Source of the DNA: Terriglobia bacterium
GTDB lineage: Bacteria; Acidobacteriota; Terriglobia; 20CM-2-55-15
Assembly: GCA_965198225.1 (NCBI GenBank)
Contig: CBDAOY010000006.1
Span: 864,001-928,000 of the forward strand
DNA length: 64,000 bases
Direction: 5' to 3'
This document shows positions 9,312 through 18,769 of this stretch, in pieces (position 1 is the stretch's first letter; each line of letters opens with the position of its first letter). A program made the position numbers and the translations under genes. The notes under the pieces are model-generated. The model was not told the DNA's origin. It worked only from the letters and a program-made list of their open reading frames with translations, and did no database searches.

Positions 9312-10151
9312 TCAACGGACGACCAGAACCGGCCGATCCAGCTCCAACAGAACCTCTTTGAAACCTCTCTCGAAAACATCTACCGTCGGGAGGATGAGGA
9401 TACCGGCATCTTCGACGAGGACCAGGTGTTCGAGCAGGGCGGCATCTCTCCTTGGGATGATGTTGAACCGAATCGGGGGCAGCGCGCCCAGTTCGTCCAA
9501 GTCCCGCTCTGCCTCCTCGCGGATTCGGCCTGCGTCCTCAGCCGAAGCGGGCACGAGAACGACGAGAGGGGTTCTCTCATCCCCGGCCAGTTGCACGGCG
9601 ATCGCAATGCCGGTCCGAGCGCAGGAGCTTCCATCGTAGACGACGAGCACCGCCTGGCCGGCCCTCAGTCCCTGGCGGAGCAGGAGGACAGGAGCGGCTG
9701 TCTTCGACAGGATCATTTCCGTCGTCGTTCCAATCTTGCGGCCCACGACAGACGACCAGCCACAATGACCGAGGCTGATCAGGTCGGCTTCCGCCGCCGC
9801 CGCGAGCACTTCCCGGGCGACGCCCCCCCGCGCAACTTTGAAGCTCCAATGCAGATGAGCCATGCCCGCAATGTGTTCCATCGCCCGTCGCGCCCTGACG
9901 GCCTGAGCCTTCAACTGCTGCTCCATGTCCCCGCGTTCGACGGGCCGCACCTCGCCCGAAAACGATCCGACCATCCGAGTGATCGGCAGCTCGGCTCCAC
10001 GGAGCAGGTCCTCGTCCTCCACGTACAGGCCGAGCAGCTCCGCTTCCAGGTATGCCGCCAGCCGCGCTGCGGCCTCCAGTGCCGCAAAGCTGTTCGGAGA
10101 TGCGTCCAGCGCGACGAGGATCCGTCGGATTGGGGTCGGCTTCGTGGTCAT
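9312..10151 (-). CDS. Universal stress protein (tandem USP domains)
   Basis: RRILVALDAS, ADLISLG, APVLLL, RPVLVVR; ATGA overlap with the Lon stop. Confidence 0.85.
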   Translation of the reverse strand: MTTKPTPIRRILVALDASPNSFAALEAAARLAAYLEAELLGLYVEDEDLLRGAELPITRMVGSFSGEVRPVERGDMEQQLKAQAVRARRAMEHIAGMAHLHWSFKVARGGVAREVLAAAAEADLISLGHCGWSSVVGRKIGTTTEMILSKTAAPVLLLRQGLRAGQAVLVVYDGSSCARTGIAIAVQLAGDERTPLVVLVPASAEDAGRIREEAERDLDELGALPPIRFNIIPRRDAALLEHLVLVEDAGILILPTVDVFERGFKEVLLELDRPVLVVR

Positions 10152-12592
10152 TGGGGTTCTTCTGCCTCTCCGGCGTCTTGCCCTTTGTCCGCGGATTCGA
10201 CGGACCTGGCGAAGGCCGCCTGCTTGCGTGCCATCTCCGTCAGGCGTTGCTGGACCCGGCCGTTGATGCTCTCGCGAGGATAGTCTCCAGATGCATCGCG
10301 CTCCCCTGCATCGATCCCCGTCAAGAGTTCGATTCCCTGATCGATGGTCTCGACCGGGTAGATGTGGAACTGACCATTTCGGACCGCCTCGACGACGTCT
10401 TCCCTCAGCATCAGATGGCGGACGTTGGACGCCGGTATGAGGACGCCCTGCTCCCCGGTCAATCCGCGAGCGTTGCACAGGTCGAAGAAACCCTCGATCT
10501 TGTAGTTTGCTCCGCCGATTGCCTGGACCTCTCCATGCTGGTTGACCGAGCCGGTGACGGCCAGCGACTGCTTGAGCCCGGCGCCGGATATGGCCGACAG
10601 CAGGGCGTAGAGTTCCGTCGACGACGCGCTATCCCCGTCTACTCCGCTGTAGGACTGCTCGAAAACCAGACTGGCCGACAGCGAGAGCGGATGGTTCGCG
10701 GCATAGCGGGCGCCCAGGAAACTGGTCAAGATCAGCACGCCTTTCGAGTGAATGGGACCGCTCAGCTCCACCTCCCGTTCGACGTTGACGACCTCGCCTT
10801 TGCCGAGCCGTGTACGAGCGGTAATCCGGCTGGGACGCCCGAAGGTGAAGTTTCCGAGTTGCAATACAGCCAGCCCGTTCACGGTCCCGACTTTGGAACC
10901 TTCCGTATCGATATAGATGGTGTTTCGCAGCACCTCGTCCTGCATCTGCTCACGCACACGATCGACGCGGTGAGTCTGTGCGTCTATCGCCTTGCCGACA
11001 TCGACGGCGCTGACCGTGGTGTTTCCGGATACACCGGCCCAGTAATCGGCCTCGCGGAGAAGGTCGGCCAGTCCGGCGATTCGGCCGCTGAGTTTCTCCG
11101 AATCACCCACGATGCGGGCGCTTTGTTCGATGATGCGCGCGACCGCGCTACGGTCGAAGGCTTTGAGTTCTTCTTTACGGGCGAGCGCCCCGATCAGCCG
11201 GGCGTAAATCTGTTGCGTGTCGTCATTTCTTTCGAACCGGTCGTCGAAGTCGGCCGCGACTTTGAACAGTTGTCCGAAGTCGGGATCATGCTGGCACAGG
11301 AGGTAGTAGAGCATCCGATCACCAAGGAGGACGACCTTGACGTCGAGCGGTACCGGTTCGGGCTCGAGCGAAATCGTGCTGACCATGCTCAGCGCCTGGC
11401 CGAGAGACTCGATCTTGATCTGCCCCGCCTGCAGGACCCGCTTCAGGGCTTCCCATGCGTAGGGCTGCATCAGGACACGCCGGACGTCGAGTACGAGGTA
11501 TCCTCCGTTGGCGCGGTGGAGTGCGCCCGGTCTGATCAGGTTGAAATCGGTGACGAGCGTTCCCATCTGGGATATGTGTTCCATCCGGCCGATGAGGTTT
11601 TCGTACCCCGGATGATCTTCGTAGATTACCGGCGCGCCCTGCCCTCGGGTGTGGTCGACAAGGACGTTGACCCGGTACCGCCGCGCCAGTGGAGATGCCT
11701 CCTGCGGGCGCCCCCCCGGTGGTGGGGCCTGGGGTTCCTGGGCCTGTATGAACTCTTTTGCGTACTGGATGAGGTCCTTGTGAACGGCTTCGAGGTAGTG
11801 AACGAGGGCAGGGAACTCCGCGTACTTATCGCGTAGCTCGTCGAGCAGGTGGCCGAGAGCGAAATCCGTGATGTCACGGTTCAGTTCTCGAACCTTGCCC
11901 CGCACCTCCCGTTCCCACTTGGGAAGACGTCGCAATATCCGCTGGAGTTCCTGTTGCAGTTCCTCGATGTCCGCTTCCAGGCGTTTCTGTTCTTCTTCAG
12001 GGAGCTGCTCGAAGGATTCATGGGTGATGACTTCGCCGTCCTTGACGGGCGCGAACACCATGCCGACCGGCGTTTGCAGCATCGTGAACCCCTTTGCCTT
12101 TGCCTTGTCCTGAAGTTCTTCGAGACGCTTTTCGTGGCGCTCCTTGAAGTCCTGCTGCAGGGAGTGGAGGCGCGCCTGGTATTCCTCGCTTTCGAAAGCC
12201 GCCGGAAGTGCGGTGCCGATCTCCTCGACCAGGTCATCCATGTCCTGCTTCAGTTTCATGGCCGTGCCGGCCGGCAGTTGGAGGAGTGTCGGCCGGTTGG
12301 GCTCCTCGAAGTTGTTGACGTAGCAAATGTCGGGGGGTATGGGTTTCCTGGCGGCTTCCTGATTCAAGAAGTGCTCGACGATGAACTGTTTACCCGTGCC
12401 GGCCGGGCCCAGAGCGAAGAGGTTGTAGCCTTCGTGGGTCATACCGACGGCAAACTGGACCGACTCGACCGCACGCGACTGTCCTACGATATCAATGCCG
12501 TCGTCGAGGTCCGCCGTCGTTTCGAAGTCCAAGAGTGCCGGGTCACATCGCGTGTAAAGCGCGTCCAGGTCGAGTTCTTTGGGAACACCCAT
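10148..12592 (-). CDS. Lon-like protease (AAA_32 + Lon_C, LonC/YcbZ type)
   Basis: GPAGTGK, GALHRANGGYL, catalytic GVDGDSAS and KIEGFF Ser-Lys dyad; AAAGGAGA RBS. Confidence 0.92.
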   Translation of the reverse strand: MGVPKELDLDALYTRCDPALLDFETTADLDDGIDIVGQSRAVESVQFAVGMTHEGYNLFALGPAGTGKQFIVEHFLNQEAARKPIPPDICYVNNFEEPNRPTLLQLPAGTAMKLKQDMDDLVEEIGTALPAAFESEEYQARLHSLQQDFKERHEKRLEELQDKAKAKGFTMLQTPVGMVFAPVKDGEVITHESFEQLPEEEQKRLEADIEELQQELQRILRRLPKWEREVRGKVRELNRDITDFALGHLLDELRDKYAEFPALVHYLEAVHKDLIQYAKEFIQAQEPQAPPPGGRPQEASPLARRYRVNVLVDHTRGQGAPVIYEDHPGYENLIGRMEHISQMGTLVTDFNLIRPGALHRANGGYLVLDVRRVLMQPYAWEALKRVLQAGQIKIESLGQALSMVSTISLEPEPVPLDVKVVLLGDRMLYYLLCQHDPDFGQLFKVAADFDDRFERNDDTQQIYARLIGALARKEELKAFDRSAVARIIEQSARIVGDSEKLSGRIAGLADLLREADYWAGVSGNTTVSAVDVGKAIDAQTHRVDRVREQMQDEVLRNTIYIDTEGSKVGTVNGLAVLQLGNFTFGRPSRITARTRLGKGEVVNVEREVELSGPIHSKGVLILTSFLGARYAANHPLSLSASLVFEQSYSGVDGDSASSTELYALLSAISGAGLKQSLAVTGSVNQHGEVQAIGGANYKIEGFFDLCNARGLTGEQGVLIPASNVRHLMLREDVVEAVRNGQFHIYPVETIDQGIELLTGIDAGERDASGDYPRESINGRVQQRLTEMARKQAAFARSVESADKGQDAGEAEEPQ

Positions 12593-12610
12593 CAGTAGTC
12601 TCCTTTGACA

Positions 12611-12885
12611 CTAGTGGCCTGTAACAATGCTATCGGTACCATCGCCGATGGGTCTTGCGGGCGAGGTCGAGGAGGGAGACGGAAAGCGATGCTCATTCAT
12701 CGGTGACGGCTTCCGACAAAGAGATCGCCCGCAACCCCCATCGGCCCGAAGGGTTCGGCGGAACGGCGCCGTCTTCGGTGTCGTAACTCCCTCGCAATGA
12801 AACAGCATTGGCTCGGGCGTCACTCCTAGAATCCGACGCCGTTCCGCCGAACGCTGGTACCGATAGCATTGTTACAGGTCACTAG
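12611..12885 (+). mobile_element. CTAG-bounded structured MITE-like repeat, copy B (275 bp)
   Basis: TIRs CTAGTGGCCTGTAACAATGCTATCGGTACCA / TGGTACCGATAGCATTGTTACAGGTCACTAG. Confidence 0.8.
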
Positions 12886-12894
12886 TCTACAGCA

Positions 12895-12983
12895 GCCATA
12901 CCTATCAGCTATCAGCTGTCAGCCGATCCACGAAAACATTTGGACGCGCGTAGATTGAGCTGATAGCTGGTCGCCGAAAGCTT
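12895..12983. repeat. Inverted pair of degenerate heptamer arrays (TCAGCTA/TCAGCTG ... AGCTGAT/AGCTGGT)
   Basis: ctatcagctatcagctgtcagc, about 33 nt of spacer, then gagctgatagctggtcgccgaaagct. Confidence 0.55.
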
Positions 12984-12987
12984 AAAG

Positions 12988-13264
12988 CTAGCAGCCCGTG
13001 GCAGAACTCTGCAGGGCCGCGTTACGGCCAAACGGGGCCGGATTCTAGGAGGCGAGGACGAAACAATGCTCTTTCATTGGGAGGAGTCGGCGACAAGGAA
13101 GGCGGCCCCGTTTCGCCGTAACCCGAAGGGCGCAGAGGGGTTCGGGCCGCAGGCTTTGTCGTTCGTCGGCCCCGATGAATGATCATCGCTCCGCTCCTCT
13201 CTTCGCGCCTGCAACCCGAAGACCCCTGCGCGCGACCCTGCAGAGTTCTGCCACGGGCTGCTAG
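12988..13264 (-). mobile_element. CTAG-bounded structured MITE-like repeat, copy C (277 bp, opposite orientation, different TIR sequence)
   Basis: TIRs CTAGCAGCCCGTGGCAGAACTCTGCAGGG / CCCTGCAGAGTTCTGCCACGGGCTGCTAG. The reverse complement shares CGATG..CATCG and CAATG..CATTG with B, and CGACAAAG and CCTAGAATCCG with A and B. Confidence 0.75.
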
Positions 13265-15732
13265 GGTGTTCCGGCGGTGCGGGCGTTTTGTACGGATACC
13301 TGGGAGTCCAGAAAACTGCGGATTCTACTCAGCAGAGCCGCTTCAGTGAAAGGCTTCTGGATCAGGTGTACGTCGGCTGGGAGGATTCCGGCCTTTCCGA
13401 TTGCCGTGTCAGTGTAGCCGGACATGTAGACGACTCCGATTGGCCGGGTCTTTGCGATCTCTCCGGCGAGTTCCCTGCCGTTCATCTCAGGCATCACGAC
13501 ATCGCTCAAAACCATGTCGATCTGCCCTTCGTACCGTTCGACGATGTACAACGCCTCGGAGGGAAGGCCCGCTTCGAGAATCCGATAGCCGGATCTTCGG
13601 AGCATGTCGCACGTCAGCCTGCGGACCATCTCCTCGTCCTCGACAACCAGAATTGTCTCGCTTCCCCGTCGGGAGTCGGATGCCTCGGTCCTGGCCTTTC
13701 GTGCCACAGATTCGTCCAGCATCGGCAGGTAGATCCGGAACGTCGTTCCGGTACCCGGCTGGCTGTCGACCTGAACCGTTCCGCCATTCTGCTCGACCAT
13801 CGCATACACGGTGGCCAATCCGAGCCCGGTCCCTTTGCCGGGGTCCTTGGTGGTGAAGAACGGTTCAAAGATGCGTGGCTGAACCGCCTCGTCGATACCA
13901 CATCCCGTATCGCTGACCCTCAGCACGATGAACGGCCCGGGGCCCAGTCCGACGGGAAACGGAAGCGCCGGGTCGTCTTTCGTTGCGTTGGCCGTTTCGA
14001 TCAATAGCTTGCCGCCGCTCGGCATCGCATCTCGGGCGTTCACGATGAGGTTCATGATGCCCTGTTCGATCTGACCCGGATCGGCCTTGATCAGGCCCAG
14101 CTCGGGGTGGGTTCGTGTTGAAAGAACGACGTCGGAGCCGATCAACCGCCGGACCATTCCATCCATGTTCGAGATCACTTCATTCAGATTCAGCACTCTC
14201 GGTTGTCGGACCTGCTTCCGGCTGAACGCTAGCAGTTGTTGGGTCAGGGCTGCGGCCCTCTCGGTGGCTTTGCGCGTCTGCTCCAGGTTGTCACGAACGT
14301 CGCCCGGCGGTTCCAGATGATCGAGGGAGAGCTTGGTGTAGCCGAGGATAACCGTCAACAGATTGTTGAAGTCGTGAGCGATCCGGCCGGCGAGCCTCCC
14401 GACCGCCTCCATCTTCTGGGAGTGACGCAGCTGTTCTTCGAGTTCACGCTGCTGGGTGACATCCTGGCCGATGCCGATGGAGGTTCCGTCAGAAAGACGG
14501 ACGTTGGCCCAATTCGTTTCGAGCGTACGTCCATCCTTGACCCGGGTCTTGAAAGAACGCCATCCGGAATGTGACGAAGACATGTGGGAGATTGCCTCCT
14601 TGCGTTCTGTCGGATCCGGATAGCACTCGGCCATCAGGTCGATGCCGCTCAGTTCATCCCGTGACCAGCCCATGATCTGCTCGAATTCCTGGTTGACGAC
14701 ATCGATCGCCCCTTTGCCGTCATGCAGCGCGACCATGACCGGGATGTGGTCGAAGATCTTCTGGAACCGTTCGGTCTGGCCGCGCAGGGCAGACTCGGTA
14801 CGCCTCCGCTGTTCGGTAACGACTGCCAGGATCAGAGAAGAGAGAATCGCCACAGCGAGGTAGGTCTGGAGGAAAACGACCTGCTCGCCGACATCGCGAG
14901 CGATGAACGTCATCGGTCCGAGACCGTGTGCCGTGTTCCAGACTGCGACGACCGAAAACAGGAACAAGGCCGTGGAAACGCCGACTGGGCCGAGGCGCAG
15001 CGCCGCCCAGATCAGAAAAGGGAACGTGACGTAGAGCAGCGACAACAGCAGCCCGGAACCGGCGTTGTCCGAACCGAATATGATCGCGGTGCTGACGCCA
15101 AGGCCGAGAAAGAGGGCGCAGGCTTCCGCGACCCGTTGCCACCGAAGATCGGGGGAACTCATGGTCGCTAGCGACAGGACGAGCGGAGTGCCGAGCAGGA
15201 CGCCCAGGGTATCGGAAACCCACCAGAGACGCACTTCCCGCCACAAATTGGCGTCGAAACTGACACTGATGATGGCCGCAGCCGGAATCGCCATGACCGC
15301 AATGGTTGCTGCCGCGAGCAGGACAGCCGACGCAAGCCGATGTACGCTGTCCAACCGAATTTGCGACCCGCACACCCGAGTGATGAGCAACGCCGCGAGT
15401 CCGACTTGGACACAGTTCAACAGGGCCAGCACAGTGGCAGGCAGCATCGGGTATCCCGCAGTCAGGCTTGCGGCGACTTCTCCGACGAGTACGGCCGCCA
15501 GAATCGGGAACCATAACTGTCGTTCGCTGACGAGTAGGATCGCAAGTACTATGCCGGCGGCCGGCCAGATCGTGCCGTTGCCCTCAGGTGGGATGATCAG
15601 GGCTAACCCGAGTTGGACGCTTATGAACTGAATCAGCGCGACCATTCCGAGCGTCGATGCAAATCGGGTGCCTGGACTCAGGCCGTCGAGGAACCCGAAT
15701 CGCCCCTGAACCCCGTCCGACGAGGGAAACAT
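13261..15732 (-). CDS. Hybrid sensor histidine kinase (MASE1-PAS-HisKA-HATPase-REC)
   Basis: IWPAAG and [12 protein letters not shown]1 transmembrane region; AHDFNNLL H-box; NARDAMP; FFTTK..GTGLGL; receiver ILVVEDE / SDVVMP / KPF. Confidence 0.93.
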   Translation of the reverse strand: MFPSSDGVQGRFGFLDGLSPGTRFASTLGMVALIQFISVQLGLALIIPPEGNGTIWPAAGIVLAILLVSERQLWFPILAAVLVGEVAASLTAGYPMLPATVLALLNCVQVGLAALLITRVCGSQIRLDSVHRLASAVLLAAATIAVMAIPAAAIISVSFDANLWREVRLWWVSDTLGVLLGTPLVLSLATMSSPDLRWQRVAEACALFLGLGVSTAIIFGSDNAGSGLLLSLLYVTFPFLIWAALRLGPVGVSTALFLFSVVAVWNTAHGLGPMTFIARDVGEQVVFLQTYLAVAILSSLILAVVTEQRRRTESALRGQTERFQKIFDHIPVMVALHDGKGAIDVVNQEFEQIMGWSRDELSGIDLMAECYPDPTERKEAISHMSSSHSGWRSFKTRVKDGRTLETNWANVRLSDGTSIGIGQDVTQQRELEEQLRHSQKMEAVGRLAGRIAHDFNNLLTVILGYTKLSLDHLEPPGDVRDNLEQTRKATERAAALTQQLLAFSRKQVRQPRVLNLNEVISNMDGMVRRLIGSDVVLSTRTHPELGLIKADPGQIEQGIMNLIVNARDAMPSGGKLLIETANATKDDPALPFPVGLGPGPFIVLRVSDTGCGIDEAVQPRIFEPFFTTKDPGKGTGLGLATVYAMVEQNGGTVQVDSQPGTGTTFRIYLPMLDESVARKARTEASDSRRGSETILVVEDEEMVRRLTCDMLRRSGYRILEAGLPSEALYIVERYEGQIDMVLSDVVMPEMNGRELAGEIAKTRPIGVVYMSGYTDTAIGKAGILPADVHLIQKPFTEAALLSRIRSFLDSQVSVQNARTAGTP

Positions 15733-15789
15733 GCCCCAATTATGTTGATTAAGAGGCGGGCTGTCGAGGCGGAAGTAGTTGTCGGTATG

Positions 15790-15966
15790 CCGTTGTCCGT
15801 AGGCCGTTGCCCGTCAGCCCGACAGCGAGGTGACCCTCGGACACTGAAGCGGCCACAATGGACGAACCAATTCCGCAACCTCCGTCCTGCGATGACGTTG
15901 GCTTCCCGAGACCAGCCGCTAGGGTTCGCCGTGCCCGCCTAACGGCCTACGGACAACGGCCTACGG
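15790..15966. repeat. Inverted pair of heptamer arrays (CAACGGC/CTACGGA) flanking about 130 bp
   Basis: gccgttgtccgtaggccgttg at 15790 and aacggcctacggacaacggcctacgg at 15941. Confidence 0.65.
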
Positions 15967-15970
15967 TCTC

Positions 15971-18769
15971 CTAGAACAATGGTTCCGCGTGGTAAATGAC
16001 GTTGCGGTCGAAGATGTCGATGCCGATGAAGTACAGGCTCCCGTCATCACGGAGGTCGATATCAAAGCTTTGCCAGGGCCAGAAGTAATCACCCTCCGAG
16101 GTAGCCTCCCCGGTTCGATATACCGTGCGGAGCGATCCATCGGATGCGCGGAGCGTGACCTCGGTTCCGCCGTTCGTGTTCAGGACGAATGCGATGTCGC
16201 CGCGACTGTTTGCGTCGAAATTCCGATCGACCCAGAATATCTCCGCGCCGTTCGGCATGGCATCGCCGGTCCGGATGATGGTCTGCCACTGCTGGCTGAC
16301 GTACTCGGCCAGGACTGCTCCTCCCGTCTCCATTCCTAACAGCGCGAAGAACCGGCCCCCGACGGCGCGGACACCGTCGACCCAGCCTACGGTCCCCCCG
16401 CCGACCTGAGTTTCGCCAAACAAGGCGGCCGTTTGCCACTGACCGTTCTCATGTACGAAGACTCCGTCGGAACCGTCTCGCACGCTGGCGACGACCATGA
16501 CGCGGCCGTTCTCATCAAGAGCGATCGCGCTGGCGCGTCCTCCCCCCGATATCAGGTAGTCGAACACACCGCCGGACGGGGCCTCGGTTTGGTCCTCTCC
16601 TCCGAAGCTGGCGAGCATCGAGAGCTTCCCGTTCTGGATGGAGACCAGCCGGCTCTGCTCATCCGACCACGCGCGCCAGACCAAAGTACCCGCGTCGTTG
16701 GCGGCCAGGTAGTTGGAACCGTCGAACCAGCTCTCGGTCCAATAGAGGTTGAAAGTCCTGAACAGGTCTAGGGTGAATTCGGACGGATACTGGACGACTG
16801 TTTCCATCGAGGGCTGGTTGCGGAACACACCGGATCCCGCGGCCAGATAAAGGTCGCCTCGCGGGCTGCGGACCGCGCTGTTCAGGTTTCCGCCGACCGT
16901 CGCATCCCCGGTCTTCCACACGGGAATCAGATCCGACGACGACACTTCGAAGATACTCGTCGGATCTCCACCGGCATACACGTAGGGTGAGCCCGACAGA
17001 GCTCCGGGAACGAATCCCAGAAAGTTCAGGTTGGCCCGCAGATTGAACCGGTCACCGCCTTTGAACAGGACGCGGTTCGATCCCGTCTCGACGACGATGA
17101 AGCCGTTCAACGTCGTGCTGACGGCGGCGTAGACCGTGCCGCTGGCGGTGACGATCGCATCACGGAAATCGCGGACCCTCCCCCCTTCGACTCCGTCGTC
17201 CCACACGATGAGGGAGCTGGTCGAATCGCCGCTCCAAAGTATGAAACCCCAGCCAGCGCCCACGCTACCGTTGAAAACGACCTGGCCACGGTCGTTGACC
17301 GAGGTGACGCGATCGAAACCTTCGGTCGGGAGCATCGTCAGGTTCCCCGTCGTGTCGTAGCGGGCCGGCCCGCTCACTCCGTTGTCCAGATCCACCCTGA
17401 AGGCCAGAGTGCCGTTCGGTGCGATCGCAAGATCGCTGATCCGCCCGACTGTTGACCCGGCGAGGGAATCTCCCGACATCAATACCTTCCGGGGCGCAGA
17501 CAATCCATCGGCTCGATAGATGGCCCGCGTCGAATCCCTCCGGACCATGAAATAGGCGACCCCGTTGGCGTCGACGCCCAGGTCGTAGTCGATATCGTAG
17601 CCGTCGGGAAATTCGGGCAGTGGGAGAGTGACTCCCCATACGACGCGCAGCTCTCCGTTGGCAAGCTTGAAGATCCCGTCACGATCCCACGGTCCTCCCG
17701 GCTGGTCGTAGGTGCCTCGAAAAACGATGTCCCCCCGATCGTTGAGCGAGTGCCGCGTGATGGTGAAGTTGCGTATCGCCTGGAAAGTGCCCTGCGTCTG
17801 ACCCTCTGCAAGGACGACGGAGCTGCCCGTAGAAGAGGCCAGGATCAGGCTCGAGTAGTTACCGCGCGTGTTAGCCTTCGACAAAACCCGGCCGCTGCTG
17901 TCGATCGCCGCTCCCTCAAACCCCCAGACGATGCTCTTGGTGAAGACTCCCGGAGTGCCGGCCGAGGCGAGCAGGTCCATCCTTCCGTTGTCGTAGAGCA
18001 TCAGGCCGCTCGACACACCGTCGAGAGGCGCGATGACCACCAACTGTCCGGCATCGTTCGCAGCCAGGTTTGGATAATCGTTGGGAAGGAACTCGAAAGC
18101 CCGGTCGACGGGATCGGTCGCCAACAGTCGAGTCAGTCGGAATTCCTGACGGCGTCGAACCTGCACTTCGCGCGAGGTGACCAGACGCTCGACCTGCCCC
18201 CCTCTCGACCCCCAGAAATTCAGCGTCGCCCTAACCGTAACGCGACCGGCGGCCTCGGTGTAAAGGAGTCCGTTGTCGCTGATGTAGGCCGTGTTCGTGT
18301 AGAAGCCGTTCGGGCCGGCCACGTCCCATTCAAAGTCGGTACCCGGAATCTCGGAGCCGTCGATGTCGATCGCCGCCGCTGTGAACTGGAGGTTGTCGCC
18401 GGCGAACGCCTCCGCCGAACCTCCCCGGATCTCGACACGCGCCGGCAGAACCTGAACGGTCATCGAAGTCCATGCTCCGTCCATCGTGGCCCATATATCA
18501 GCCGTGCCGATACCTCTTGCCGTCACTACGCCCGATCGATCGACGGTCGCGATGCCCTCGTCGGAAGAGCCCCACTCGAATCCTTCGGAGCGGGTCGCCC
18601 CGTTCTCATCGCGGGCTACTGCAACCAGTGGCATCTGCTGTCCCGAAATCATCGATGACCGGGCGGCGCTGACCACGATGCGGCGCGCAGAAAACTGGGC
18701 ATGGCCGGCGACCGCCATTGCCAGGACCAGGGTCACAGCGATTCCGAAGTGTGAGGGGCCAGGTCTCAA
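15971..18769 (-). CDS. Large secreted protein: Ig-like (Big_2) domains plus NxxG tandem beta-repeat (propeller-like) region
   Basis: TTG start overlaps the DUF1501 stop, with GAGGTG RBS. Signal peptide ends AGHA. WGSSDEGIATVDRSGVVTARGIG; repeated LNDRGDIVF / VNDRGQVVF / ANSRGDIAF. Confidence 0.75.
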   Translation of the reverse strand: MRPGPSHFGIAVTLVLAMAVAGHAQFSARRIVVSAARSSMISGQQMPLVAVARDENGATRSEGFEWGSSDEGIATVDRSGVVTARGIGTADIWATMDGAWTSMTVQVLPARVEIRGGSAEAFAGDNLQFTAAAIDIDGSEIPGTDFEWDVAGPNGFYTNTAYISDNGLLYTEAAGRVTVRATLNFWGSRGGQVERLVTSREVQVRRRQEFRLTRLLATDPVDRAFEFLPNDYPNLAANDAGQLVVIAPLDGVSSGLMLYDNGRMDLLASAGTPGVFTKSIVWGFEGAAIDSSGRVLSKANTRGNYSSLILASSTGSSVVLAEGQTQGTFQAIRNFTITRHSLNDRGDIVFRGTYDQPGGPWDRDGIFKLANGELRVVWGVTLPLPEFPDGYDIDYDLGVDANGVAYFMVRRDSTRAIYRADGLSAPRKVLMSGDSLAGSTVGRISDLAIAPNGTLAFRVDLDNGVSGPARYDTTGNLTMLPTEGFDRVTSVNDRGQVVFNGSVGAGWGFILWSGDSTSSLIVWDDGVEGGRVRDFRDAIVTASGTVYAAVSTTLNGFIVVETGSNRVLFKGGDRFNLRANLNFLGFVPGALSGSPYVYAGGDPTSIFEVSSSDLIPVWKTGDATVGGNLNSAVRSPRGDLYLAAGSGVFRNQPSMETVVQYPSEFTLDLFRTFNLYWTESWFDGSNYLAANDAGTLVWRAWSDEQSRLVSIQNGKLSMLASFGGEDQTEAPSGGVFDYLISGGGRASAIALDENGRVMVVASVRDGSDGVFVHENGQWQTAALFGETQVGGGTVGWVDGVRAVGGRFFALLGMETGGAVLAEYVSQQWQTIIRTGDAMPNGAEIFWVDRNFDANSRGDIAFVLNTNGGTEVTLRASDGSLRTVYRTGEATSEGDYFWPWQSFDIDLRDDGSLYFIGIDIFDRNVIYHAEPLF

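Noticed and set aside
10052-11836. 594-aa ORF antisense to Lon
   Set aside because: Shadow frame of a GC-rich gene with no motifs. The same applies to 45345-47000, 52850-54694, 59775-61727 and 43449-44867.
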